Shown in pieces: positions 14,591 through 26,389 of a DNA stretch of 64,000 bases. The stretch comes from Obrimoposthia wandeli (Eukaryota). How positions within the stretch are numbered: position 1 is the first letter of the stretch; the number at the start of each line of letters is the position of its first letter. The DNA is taken from assembly GCA_977020255.1 (NCBI GenBank), contig CDROCS010001088.1, positions 62,001 through 126,000 of the forward strand, read 5' to 3'. The notes under the pieces were generated by a model. That model was not told the origin of the DNA. It worked only from the letters and a program-made list of their open reading frames with translations, and made no database searches. The translations under genes and the position numbers were made by a program.

Positions 14591-15469
14591 CGTGGTACGT
14601 TCAATAAGTCCCTAGCCTACCAAAGAAAAAAGAAAGTAACCAAATATATTTTTATTTTACAACAACATGTAACAATATAGAGTATATTTTTCGACATATG
14701 ATCCATTTTTGTCAACACATTTTTTCCAGCAGATGATTAGCTCCCGAAAAGCCTTTTCAAAGAAACCAGGCTCACATTTATTGAAAAAATCACGAACATT
14801 GTTGATCAAATCATCTTTGCTGTCGAACTTAATACCTCTCAAATGCTTCTTAAGATACTGGAACTTGTAAAAGTCACTAGGTGCGAGGTCTAGGCTATAG
14901 GGTGGATGTTTCAGTAGAGAAAAGCCAATCTCCTGTGAGGTTTGCAGTGTGCACTGGCGCATTATCCAGCAATAGCCATAAAGGTGTGTTTCGTGCTTTG
15001 TGAAGGCTTCCCACACTGATATTAAGACGAATGGACAGGATTTTAAAATAGATTCTGCGTTCATCATTCACGATCTTAATTAATTTTTCCTTAACTTGAT
15101 CTGGAATCTCTTGAGGTCTTCCCGTTCTTTCATCATCAAACACAGAAGTGCGACCATTTTTAAAATACTTGACCCACGTTTTCATAGTAGCATAACACAG
15201 AGAATCACCCTTGTACGTATCTTGAAGCATTTTATTTATTTCAGTTGCGTTTAGTCCTTGCAAAACAAAAAACAACTTGATATCACTCCTGTATTCCACT
15301 TGATTTATCATAAATTTGAAAATGTGCCACTAAAAATATAAACAAACGTAACACATTAAAATAAAGTATATAGTTTTTACCTATATATAATTATGTAGTT
15401 AAATGAAAAATTAAGGATTGTATCTATCATTTTTCTATGGTAGGCTAGGGACTTATTGAATGTACCACG
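14591..15469 (-). mobile_element. Internally deleted mariner element in the Frizzled intron
   Basis: 32-bp TIRs (cgtggtacgttcaataagtccctagcctacca; 1 mismatch), TA on both flanks. Transposase pieces: N-terminal HTH (MINQVEYRS...ERTGRP), LDNAPVH, HPPYSLDLAPSDF...WKKCVDKNGSYVEK. Middle of the catalytic domain missing, frameshifted. Confidence 0.95.
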
Positions 15470-15886
15470 TAACTCTTCATTGTGCTTGATCCAAAACAGG
15501 ACTAGATCCTATTCAAAGAAACGGTTTTCGATAGCGAGTTTATTAAAATGGACATTTAATTGAGTTTATAAGTGAAGGAAATCATTGAACATATCTCAAA
15601 CATGACACATTATTGACATTTATTTTATCAATCTAGTAAAAAGCCTAACTTGGATTAAATCTACTCATACTTTCAAATTAAACAATATCCACATCTGAAT
15701 ATTTCCTGAATATTTAATTAAATACAGTAAATTATTTGTGAAATTTATCGTAAAAACTTGATTTTATTCGTTCGTAAAATTAGACCTCTAAGGTATTACA
15801 ATTTGTTATATTAATAACTCGAATAGTGCAATACCATCATGTCTATTGTTATTTTGTATATCGATTATCTAATCCAATCAAATATT

Positions 15887-16160
15887 CAGGGTGTCTATAA
15901 TTCCCTATACAGTTTATTTTCTAAATAATTCATAAAATATTTATAATATTTCAAATGTAATGAAAGAAATCGAAACTAGACATTAATAAGTTTGTTTTTA
16001 AATACAATTTATTTTGAAAATGTTTTTCACCTTCGGCCATACATGCAAAACGTATCTTTTTGAAAATTTTCATGACTTTATCACATAATTCTTCAGAAAT
16101 CCTGTTGAATTCTTCTTCAATAATGTTTTTTAATTCATCAATTGTTTCTGGGTGACGAGA
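15887..16160 (-). mobile_element. 3' end fragment of a Tc1/mariner-type element
   Basis: Minus-strand translation SRHPETIDELKNIIEEEFNRISEELCDKVMKIFKKIRFACMAEGEKHF resembles Tc1/Tc3-type transposase C-termini; ends in a cagggtgtc TIR-like sequence. Confidence 0.6.
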
Positions 16161-16285
16161 ACAAACATTCTCATATATTTATTAAATACGACTATTATAC
16201 TTGATATTGATGAGGATTTAAGGGCTTTGAATGTTGTCATGACACAAAAACAGATTTCTGAGGCTTATTCCAAGCAGTCTCTTAC

Positions 16286-16606
16286 CTCAAAACCGGCGTC
16301 ATTCTGGTTATCGTCTCCAAACATGTTGGGCATGCGGGTAAAATTGTACTGGATGCCTTGACACATTGGAATGCGTATCTTCTGACAATTGGCTGCTCCC
16401 GATGCTCCTGGGTTGGAGGGTGCTGGCACCCCGTCTGGGTCAGCCACTGCTGATTGGTGCAGCTGCCGACCTCTGTTGTGGAGCCTGTCTCTTCTCTGCA
16501 GCAGTCCTAGTAGGGCCCGGGTTCTCCGCCGCATAGAGGGGACCAGAGCAGCGTTAGCGATAATAAGCAGCATGAGCAGACTCACTGTCAGTAGCCACGT
16601 GTTCAT
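16286..16606 (-). CDS. fzd: First coding exon of a Frizzled-family cysteine-rich-domain protein (Frizzled receptor most likely; sFRP-like not excluded)
   Basis: Translation MNTWLLTVSLLMLLIIANAALVP... (signal-peptide-like) ... CQKIRIPMCQGIQYNFTRMPNMFGDDNQNDAGFE matches the Fz CRD pattern C-x-x-I-x-I-P-M-C-x-x-I-x-Y-N-x-T-x-M-P-N...Q-x-D/E-A-G-x-E-V. Phase-0 donor GAG|GTAAG after 16286. Pyrimidine tract plus CAG acceptor (tttttttgctatgcag) ends at 16614, 7 nt before the ATG. GC-rich island. Confidence 0.9.
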
Positions 16607-17061
16607 GAAACTTCTGCATAGCAAAAAAATGTAAATTGTTTACTCAGATTTAACCCAGATTTGAATCTATATTATGCGTACGTACTAAATGGTTCACCTC
16701 AAATGTTAAACATGAAGATTACATTTGTTTATTCGAAACACACTAGACATATATTTTTTTATATGTTGGAATGTATTTTTATAGAGCCCATGTTAGAATG
16801 TTTGGAAACATTTTCCATATAAAGATCTTCTACAAATGGTGGGTTTTGAGAAATAATGATGGACAAACTTTCTGCATGTGGAGCTGCATGTAAATAGATG
16901 TATTTCAAATAAATTTAATCTTGAAAACCAAGTAAATGCTAAAGGTTTTGTACAACATCGATACCAGTTAACTTTCTTCAAATCCATTTAGAGCTTATTT
17001 TATATTTCTGTTGTATTTGCCTATTACTTTCCGTTTAATTAATTTAAAACATGATCAAGAA

Positions 17062-17144
17062 CTAGTAAATGGATGTGTCCGGTCTAATCCACCCCTAAAA
17101 GGAGGGGAAGGGGTGGATTAAACCAAACACATCCTTCTTACTAG
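17062..17144. repeat. Short palindromic dispersed element (about 36-bp arms)
   Basis: ctagtaaatggatgtgtccggtctaatccacccct ... aggggtggattaaaccaaacacatccttcttactag; one arm recurs near 30662-30693. Confidence 0.75.
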
Positions 17145-17218
17145 AAAAATAATTTATATTTCAAATATTCATTAATTAATTATGTTTCAACATAGTCCGT
17201 TTGGTATTAAAGTTTCTA

Positions 17219-17921
17219 TAGGGTAGTTCGTAATTAATAGCGTATTTTAAAACCAAATTTCCATAAAAATAAAACGATAGTATAGTGTTTTTGTATTAAC
17301 CATAAAAGTTCAAATATATACAAAAGTGTTAAAAAACCTGTAGCTTATTTCTATTGATTGATAAATTTTTAAAATTTCCAAAAAATATTTGAATGAATAA
17401 TGGAATAATCATTTTAATTTAGCGCTATGGAATTTTCAAACGATAAGAAACTGTTTTTAATTGAATCATTGTAAAGATGTGGGAAGTTTTCTATATACAT
17501 TAATGATTTCAAACGCCTGTGAGACGCCAAGTGGAAAACAAATTACTCAAGCAGGCCGCCTACTCAACAGACACCAATATGTGTGATCAATGTATTTTTC
17601 CATGACTAGAATCACTTCGAGGAAATAATTCTGATTTTAACGACAAATAGGACCTACAAGAATTCTTGGTAAATCAACCTCCTACGTTCACCAAGGAAAT
17701 GATGGACAAGCATTTTACAATGTTGATAGACCATCTCAAGGCAGTCATCGATCAAGATGGTCATTATGTTAAATAAATAGATGTATATAGGCATAACACT
17801 TTTGTAAATATTTGAACTTCTATGGTTAATACAAAAACACTATTGGAATCGATGTATAATGTCGCTTTTTCTTTGTTGTGGAAATTGGGTTTCAAAATAC
17901 GCTATTAATTACGAACAACTA
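17219..17921 (+). mobile_element. Defective mariner element
   Basis: Inverted termini gttcgtaattaatagcgtattttaaaaccaaatttcca / tggaaattgggtttcaaaatacgctattaattacgaac, TA-flanked; internal C-terminal remnant ...MLIDHLKAVIDQDGHYVK*. Confidence 0.75.
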
Positions 17922-20639
17922 TAATAGCATTTTTATTTGATGTGGTAATATAGCTGTTGTATTTATTTACAGATAAGACACATAATGCATAGTACGCATT
18001 CCTACTTTACAAAAGATATCAAATAATAATTTATGGTCCATGGATAATATGCACTCTCTCTTTTAGGTTTAGCTACATTTTTATAATAAAGAAGTCTTTG
18101 TGAACAACAGTAAGATAACATGTCTGAATATATATTGTAAATTAATTATAACAAAGAAACATAGGTAATGAATGATAATGTTTGTGTTCCTTACAAGTTG
18201 TACCTAGTGACTTTCCTTAGGTAGGGTATTTGATTTGATCAAATTTACTCACATATTACGTATTCAGAAATTAAAATTTTTATAATGAAATACCCAAGTA
18301 TAGTACGCATCCCAAGTCCTGAATTTGATACATCGATGTATCGTAAGTCTTATTTGTGGGTAAATACGGTAACTATGATGTATATGAATTCAAAAAATCT
18401 ATAAATAATTGTTATATGTGTTTAGAAAATCTCATAAATCTGTTCAAACACCAAATCAGACACTAATATAATACTTTATTTTAAGTAAAAAAACATTTTT
18501 GTGTGTTGATAATATTTTATTATTTCATGGGTACATAATATGACATTTATGTAATATATGAAAAAAGAAATATAAAAAATCCAATAATCCCAAACTACAG
18601 GAGTATCAAAACTTTTAAATTGATCTGTTAATAATAAAGGTTGTGTTTTTTTGGATTATACTTGTATTTCAGAAATATTTGTACGTACTTTCGTGAAAAA
18701 CGACTTGACTTTGTAAGAACGTCTTGCATGGTTAATTGTCAAAATAAGAAGAGTTGTAAACATTATTCGTAAATCTCCCACAAAAACTAGCAACTTCAGC
18801 ACAATTGTTACACCACTTCGAGTAAGGTTTACACGATACTTTTACATTGTATTTCCTTTATTTTTCATAAATACAGTTTTTTTAACTACAACATTTTTTT
18901 GTGTGGTATTGAATGATTGACAATATTAAGTTAAAAATGTGAAACCAAAAAAATCTCAAAAATATTTACTTAACCATTAACTCGTTATTTTCTAGATTTA
19001 AGCTACTGTTATGTGGCTTTGTGAATAAGAATAATACTAATAAAGTACACAGATGAAATGGTAAACAGTTGACAGAATATGTCACTTTCAAAAATTGGGA
19101 CTTGTTTTGATTGACAGGATTTTATTGTTTCCGATAATAATATAATGATAGACAAAATCTACAATAAAATTTAGATCACTTGATGTGAAGTGGAATACAG
19201 AAAATCAAAATTTTCCCAAGAAACGTTACCTCAATAATACCTTTAGATATATATTAATGATTATTCAATACAAGCGCAGATACCTTTGGGGGTAATATAG
19301 TAATTATCCCACTTTTCACATAAAATTATAAACAATTTTTTAATTTATAAGAAAAATCAAATCGCAAAGTATAAATCTGTAACAAAAGAGGAGTAATTAT
19401 GCTAATTTCCTTTGCGGAATTGGAATCTCTTTTAAATATTTATAATATCGATAATCTTAACATGAACTTTTATCGAAATTAATTGTTCTGTTGAAGTTTA
19501 TTGTTGTGTATATTTTTTCATATATTTTAATGGTTTTTACCTAGACCCTAGCCTAAACGTAGATTTGCCCTTAATCAATATATTTGTATTTCATGACTTA
19601 TTAAGAAAATAAGTTGTAAAAATTATTTTGAATTATTCTGTACTTTACCACTTCTGTAATACAATAAAAAAACTTTGTCAATTGGTTTAAAACAATGGAA
19701 AATGGCTGAGCAACTGTCTTGTTTGCAAAAATAACAATATGTTATCGATATATCTAGTTTCAAAATCAGCAAGTTTTTCTTCTAAATTAGAAAATTCTAA
19801 TTCGTCTTTTTGTAAAATTTATGACAATATAAGACATATGGACGAGTAGAACATTAAAATGAAGTTTAGGAAAAATAACAAGTTTAGCCCTAACCCGAAA
19901 TTTAAGTTACGATATCAATGAAATCGAAAGTTATGAAGTAATTTATTTTACATCGAAAGAAACTGTTAATTTTCTCTACTTTGCTTTTACTTCATACATA
20001 AACAAAAGTTGTAGATAAGACAATTTCAAATATAAATCTCTTCAAAATGTAAAAAGTAAGTATAATTTATTAAAAATATAAAAATATAAAATACAGTTGT
20101 AGATAAAAAAATTGTTTTCGTAATCTCCTCTCCCCAAAAAAGAAAAGATAACATTTCAAGATGTATTAAGAAATTAAGAAGACACTTTTGATAAATAATT
20201 ATAATATGTAATTTCACTTTGTGCACTATAACAATTACTTGGATACAAAGTACATTAATTTGTGGAATACATGTTTAAAATGTTTCTTTTTAATTATGGA
20301 TTTACTAGATTTTCATTTTACACAACTAATATTAAAAATAACTATCGAAAGAGAAGATGAGAAATTAAAAATGAGCTCTTATATTCATAGTGCGCAGACA
20401 TTAAAAATTCACAAAAAAATAATTAACTCACTTTATTTTAGATTCGGATTAAAATTGCAATTTGATACAAAAAATGTGACAAAAGATATTTATTGCCACT
20501 GTTTGCAATTGTTATTGGTCAGCAGTAACGAGAGTAAATTGAGAAATCTGAAGAAATTAAGCATATTTATTATCCAAGTTGAAAATATACTACTTCTGCT
20601 TTCACTACTACTTTCACTACTACTTCTTCTACTACTTCT

Positions 20640-20990
20640 TAATATAATGCCAATGCAGCTGAAGTCGATGTTATTGTTGAAGCAGCTGAAGTAGTCTCTC
20701 CTAGAGAATTAACAATATAGAAGACTGCTGCATATGATTATTAGAGATGTGCACACAAATTCACTATGGCATTGCAGCTGTTTAATATGTATTGATACAC
20801 GCAGAATATATTACAGTGCCGTTTTTCAGTTGGCTAATTCCACAGGAAATCCAATTACACAATTTATACAGTTCAATGTCAACAAAAATGTAACTTTAAA
20901 TCATTTATTCCCAAAAACTCTACACTGTACAACTGTATTGTCATTTTGATCAGCCTTTATTTATTGTCGAATCACTGTTTAGAATGGTGT
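20640..20990 (+). pseudogene. Possible hAT transposase remnant
   Basis: Stop-riddled frame with an acidic stretch, then RCAHKFTMALQL (cf. hAT CxAHxLxL) and IPKNSTLYNC (cf. PxxTRWNS). Confidence 0.35.
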
Positions 20991-21339
20991 CTAAGTATTA
21001 AAGTATAATGAACTTGTTTGTGTGCATGATTGACTTGAGCTTAATTTCTTTTAGTCAAATTACATGTAAATATGTGTGTATAATTTAATTCTGGTCATGT
21101 ATTGGTTATACATTTATCATTTAATCGATTATACAAAAACAAATTGTAATTCAAAAAATTATATCTTATTGTTTTAAAGTGAATTTATTATTCAATATTT
21201 TATTCTAGTATGTGAAATTATGTGAGTAAGTTGTTATGTAAATTATTCCGTAAATTGTTAACCATGAAATTTCTCATTCAAATCCATGAAGTTACAGAAT
21301 CAGTGAAGTTACTTTTCAGTGAATTAGTAAGTAAAATAT

Positions 21340-21800
21340 GATGATGATTCCAGCCAATAGACAGTAAATGGATGAAGCTAAGACTGCCAAACTAAGCATC
21401 TATGAATAAGTGTATTGGCAGACAGAAATGGTCGTTGTGAATTTATTTTTGATTTGATTGACAGCAAACTCTCTTTTAGTACAATTGGGGCTGGTGTATG
21501 TTACACAGTAAAAGCAGTTTTGATTGACTGCTGACAATCATCTGAGAACACATAAAATCCTAATTTTCTGCAAAGTGTTCGATCATGTGTGTATCATATA
21601 ATCGTGTTTATACACATTCTTGTGAATTGGTTGGTGATGAGACTGTGACTGCGAATTCCAATATGGCTGCGATAAAGTAACTATTTATAATAATAATTGC
21701 CACTATTATGCATCAAATACGACTGTAGAGATTGGTTTGCTGAAACGTCGTGCGTGTATGTATCCGAGACCGACATTGACGGATAATTAGTACGGATATT
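21340..21800. promoter_or_regulatory. Candidate cis-regulatory island upstream of the Frizzled exon
   Basis: Non-coding, GC above background; TGATTGACAG (21455), TGATTGACTG (21521) and several CCAAT/ATTGG motifs. Motif-level evidence only. Confidence 0.35.
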
Positions 21801-22680
21801 CTGCATTTGTTGCGTTAACAGTTTCAACACATGTTTCTGATCAAAACTGATTTTGTGATGAAGTATTACATATTATGTATCAATTAGTAAATTGTATAAT
21901 GAAAGCACTGATATTTTGTTATATTGAAGTCTATTCCCAGAATACTATATATATCCAATGGACAATTAATATTATTGTGCGAAATTTGTAAAGCAATCAA
22001 CGATTCTGAGACGTTAGATCTTTTGAATTATGTATTTCAAAATTAATAATAAGGTTAAAAATAAAACTTTCAATGTTAGAGTTTTATCTTATTTAATGTA
22101 TTTTTATAGTAGTGGGCCGTTATGGTTAACATTTTATTGAGGGTCAGTGGGCTGAAAAATGTAAAAAAATACTTGTATACATTTTTTTATTCTAATTTTT
22201 CAATTTAAAATTATTTTGTATATTATAAAGTTTGGGAATAAGACGTTCTGTAGAATTTTAAATGCTAAGTAATATATCTGAACTTTAAGTATATTCGATT
22301 TGTTTCTCAAAGATGTCACGATTATAAAACTCTGTTAATATCTAAAGAAACGAGACTATTTTCAAACAGTGAAAGTTAAAATTAATTTAATAATTTATAT
22401 AATACTTTTGTTAACATGAAGTCTTACTACGTTAATAATATACAAACTCTAGAAAGGAATGGCTACTCTTCTAAAGCAATATACAACCTTTTGGTTAATG
22501 CATGAAGTGAGGAGAATTTGGGTATTCTCCTTCTTTGACAAGATACTTCCTCTCCCACGCAAACATTTTTAATCACTTCATCTTTTGTAACATGGAAAGT
22601 CACTGGCACAACAGAGACTTATGAAAATGTGAGGGAATAATTCAATTTCTGTTGACTTTGTTAGAGTTTTCCTCTCACCT

Positions 22681-23922
22681 AGAATCCTCGTATGGAGCCC
22701 CCCAACGTGAGTTCTGTAGCGATAGGTCTAACATATGGATGTGTTCTACCTGTTTTAGTCTGAAGGTTTATTGTTGTGTGCATATATTGTGTGCAATGAA
22801 ATCGGTGATGTCCCTAAACATATTGTGATGTTGTGTGGGTCTGAACAATAAGCCAGTTAGGCCGAATATGATTTAGGTTGTAAAAATAGTTTGGCAAAGC
22901 CAAGACCAGAAATTGGGCAAAAGTAAGCCGGACTTAATCGGTGTCGACAGTAACCTTCCGAATAATAAGAGTTTAGGCTAGCGTCTCACGGATTAATTCG
23001 CAGCCTCAAAATGTAGTTTAGTTTTCAAATAGTGGTAGCTCAAACGATGGAATAATACTAGAGACAAGTATTATACGATTTGGATTGAATATATTTATTT
23101 CTACTATACTAAATTAAACACGTATAAAACTTTTACAAATTAATCCGTAAGTGGCGACACCTTACAACTCTTTAATGACCTTATGGTTGGTTATTACTTC
23201 GAAATATTACGGTATACACGTCAAAGATTTCTAAATATTATGTTGTTAAATTTTTGATAAAGATTCAAATTTATGATACTGACAATGTCTCACGGTTGTT
23301 TTATGGTTCCTTGAAAAATTGGTCTCGTTAAATGATAATAGTTAGTCCAGCAATACAGTAATTATTCATCTATAAGGGGTCCCACCTATAAGGGTGTCCG
23401 GTCACCGAAAATTTCACGCTTCACCTATAATAGTACCTTTCCAAGCTTTTAAATAATGCATCTATAAGTGATTCGGTGTCGGTCTCTCTCAAAAACATGT
23501 TTTAATGAATACCCTTACAGGTGAATAATTACTGTAGTTTACAATAAGGGGTTTCCTTAGTCTCAGCTAAAAATCGTAACGCTATATAAGTAATTGTGCG
23601 GTAATCTAATGTGTCACTGGGAATTTTCACAGGATTTCTCAACTATTCATTTTTTAAATTTTGATTATTTATTTAATTTTAAATTTATAACTTTTGCTGA
23701 GAATATTATTCCTTTACTATATATATCTCAATTTAATTATTTAATATACACTTTCCTTATTCTTATATACCTCAGGAGTTTTAAGAAAGTTTCGTCACCA
23801 GAACGGTAGAAATTTATATTGTGTCCGCTACTATGCTCAAGCATACTAACCTAATCTACGCTACAGTCGTAGGTACCTAATGTCTATCCTTGCAGCTCCC
23901 AAAATTAGGGTAATGTAAAACA
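22681..23922 (-). mobile_element. LTR (copy E) of the long-LTR family, last about 25 bp missing
   Basis: 22681-22780 is the reverse complement of the family 3' block (aaccttcaga...tatcgctacagaactcacgttggggggctccatacgaggat). The right boundary is tentative: minus-strand TGTTTTAC preceded by a purine run AAGAAAAGAAAA. Confidence 0.55.
23356..23534. mobile_element. pogo/Tigger-type MITE nested in LTR E
   Basis: TIRs cagtaattattcatctataaggg / cccttacaggtgaataattactg, TA on both flanks. Confidence 0.85.
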
Positions 23923-24051
23923 TAGTTTTCTTTTCTTACACTTGTATTTATACAGATAAGGATCACACTAATGTGATGAAGGTGGGGAATATATACAGAA
24001 TGGGATACACTTAAGATAACAAAGGTGGGGAAGAAGGTTAAGAGTTAGTAG

Positions 24052-24690
24052 TCAAAAAGTGGGGAAACAGGAGGTGACTGTCAGGTCAATGGTTAATATT
24101 GTTAGGGCCCGGTCCTCCATGTATCGGGCCACCTGCTCCACTGGCATCGTTGGCGATTCCGGTGAGTTAGTGTACATAATATCCTGCTGCTGGAAGATGT
24201 TGAGCTGTGGGCCATGCAGATCTCACCTCTGATACAGCTGTTTTGGAACGTTGACCCATTGGCCGGCTACGGTAAAAAGTGTTCCACTGGTCAAAGGGCT
24301 CTGATACTTTGGGCACATTGGAGTGGTGTATGGGCGAGATCTGGCCCAGGTGTAGAAACACCCAGCATGAAATCGGTACTCACAAGTTTGGGGCACAACC
24401 GTCTGTCTTCGGAGTCACTTTAGGCCAGCGGTTCCCAACCTTTCTGGTGCGGTGACCCCTTCATAACATTGGCCAAGTTGCGGTGACCCCAAGGATAAAA
24501 TAATTTTATCAACACAACAATTTGTTATATTTTAACTACAAAAAATTTATTGGCATAATGTTTTTTTTTAAACAACTTTTTAAAAGGCCTTGCTGCCTTA
24601 GGCGACTCCAGGCAAATTGTCAGGCGACCCCAGTTGGGGTCGCGACCCACAGGTTGGGAACCGCTGCTTTAGGCAAATTGGGAATGATAT
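24052..24690 (-). pseudogene. Decayed RING-H2 finger gene (RING1), split by a hAT MITE
   Basis: With the MITE and one TSD removed, one frame reads ISFPICLK*LRRQTVVPQTCEYRFHAGCFYTWARSRPYTTPMCPKYQSPL...SCFPTF*, a degenerate C-P-I-C...C-x-H-x-F-H-x-x-C-x-x-x-W...C-P-x-C. TATAAAA lies about 35 nt upstream of the putative decayed start (ATA). Confidence 0.7.
24426..24666. mobile_element. hAT (Charlie-like) MITE
   Basis: TIRs cagcggttcccaacct / aggttgggaaccgctg; perfect 8-bp TSD ctttaggc (24418-24425, 24667-24674). Confidence 0.95.
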
Positions 24691-25027
24691 CCTGGATGGT
24701 AGTACTTGTTGGTTAGGGTTTTGTTTTATAGGCTTATATTATTATTAAGGTATTTGTGTTCAAAAGGTTGTAACTCTGTGTAGCGTATACTACTTACTTT
24801 AATTTTGGTTCTGCTCGGATGGTGACTTCACTGTTGATGGAATTAAAAAAAAATCTTTTTAAGTTTTTTAAATATAAAAATTTACAATTTGAAGTGTGCA
24901 TTATACATAAAGCGTTGATAATTTACATTTTTAGTTACAAGATTTAGTTTCTGGGTTGATATTTTATCACTGTCTGTGATACACAGGATCATTTCAAGAT
25001 TTCATGATCCTCAAAGGTTACCTTCAT

Positions 25028-25333
25028 TTATTGTCTGTTTTTGTGCTGATCCTCTCTTCGCTCGTCTATGCAAAAGGAACACCAGCAGCCGCAGATGTTC
25101 TTCGAGCAGTGGACAATTAGCACCTCTGCTCGGTTCCGGTCTCAGTTTCTGATGTGGTACAGCGAGAAGGTTTCTCGGCACATTGGGCAGGATGGGAAGT
25201 CGAGGGAGTTGGCCTTGTTGACAATTGGCATCCAGGCCTCGAGACAGCTGATGTGTAAAGTGTGGCTGCAGTTGTTGGGTTTTGCATGCTAGTTCCGGAT
25301 GACCTCATAGCAGATGGGACAGTCTTTAGGCAT
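25028..25333 (-). pseudogene. Decayed RING-H2 finger gene (RING2), 101 codons with 2 internal stops
   Basis: MPKDCPICYEVIRN*HAKPNNCSHTLHISCLEAWMPIVNKANSLDFPSCPMCRETFSLYHIRN*...HCSKNICGCWCSFCIDERREDQHKNRQ*. All 8 RING-H2 ligands and the conserved W are present; AATAAA overlaps the stop. Confidence 0.85.
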
Positions 25334-25459
25334 TTAAGTTATCGAACTAAAGTTGTGATCGATTTGAATATGAATAAAGTTTCAAGGAATTATATGTATT
25401 ATTTTGACTGCTCCCTCCCTATTCAAATGAATAAAGTTCATGAAGTTATGAAGTTTTAA

Positions 25460-26150
25460 ATTGTCGACTCTCAAAAATTGTTAGAATAGCGTAACATAAT
25501 CTACGGAAGAATATACGTAATTGCAAGAAGGCCTTTGGTATACGTAACAAGATGTTTCCAGAACAAGAACAAGATGTTTGCTGTTATGGATGATATCACA
25601 TTATGCGATGTTCCTGCTAAGTTTGACGCTACAAAGTATGCTGAGTTGCCTCCATCTGCCAAGAAGTGGAAGAAAGAAGCACAAAAGGCTTCAAATCCCA
25701 TGAAAGTGAGAAAAAAAATAATGCAGAAATGTCGCGAATTGAAAGCTGAAATTGTCTCAAAGGCCTCTAAAGTTGCAACTGCTGTGAAGCAGTCACAAGA
25801 GGATCAGAATACAATATCGTCACTGAAGAAGGAAACCAAGAAGGCATGGAAGTTGGTATATTCACCAACAGAGAAAGAAACTACGGTACGGGAAAAGATC
25901 AAGTTGGAGATAGAGAATCTCACCAAACTCGTGGAGCAGGGAGCGTCGCTTGGAAGCGGTTCGGATAAAATGGACAAGAACCTGAAGATCGCAAGGCGGA
26001 TCCGGTGGACAATCAGACAATAGGAGAATGTACCACAGCTGGAGCAGTTTGTCATGCGCCAAATATTATGGGTGGACAAGTCGCGGCTTGAGAGTGGGTG
26101 TCTTATGGAGCCTGAAGTCGAAGAGGTTGGGCTTTTGCTTCTATTTTTAT
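25460..26150 (+). pseudogene. Intronless Lys-rich, coiled-coil-like ORF of unknown function (open 25490-26023, TAG at each side)
   Basis: ORF-track 162-aa product; the frame continues past TAG 25487 upstream and TAG 26021 downstream with coding-like composition. No family recognised; ends approximate. Confidence 0.55.
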
Positions 26151-26257
26151 TGCCCACATCAACATTTTTCAAAGTTAATAGAGTTAAAGGTAAAGTTAAC
26201 ATTGTAAAGTTAAAATTTTCAATTTTTCAACATTTCAAGTCCGTTGTAAGTCCGTGT

Positions 26258-26389
26258 ATGTCTCGTGATGATGAAGATCGTCTATACAGTAAATGTATCC
26301 AAATAATAGAATTTAACTGGATACATAGAAAGCATCGGCAAGAAATTTTAGAGGAATTATTGTTTTTAGTAGATATTTATGAATTATGA
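26258..26389 (+). CDS. Small 43-aa ORF of unknown function
   Basis: MSRDDEDRLYSKCIQIIEFNWIHRKHRQEILEELLFLVDIYEL*; the TGA overlaps AATAAA (26389-26394), as in RING2. Confidence 0.35.
   Translation: MSRDDEDRLYSKCIQIIEFNWIHRKHRQEILEELLFLVDIYEL

Noticed and set aside
20221-20694. 157-aa ORF with a Leu-rich hydrophobic tail
   Set aside because: The poly-Leu comes from a CTA/CTT simple repeat in AT-rich DNA; no ATG start or domain.
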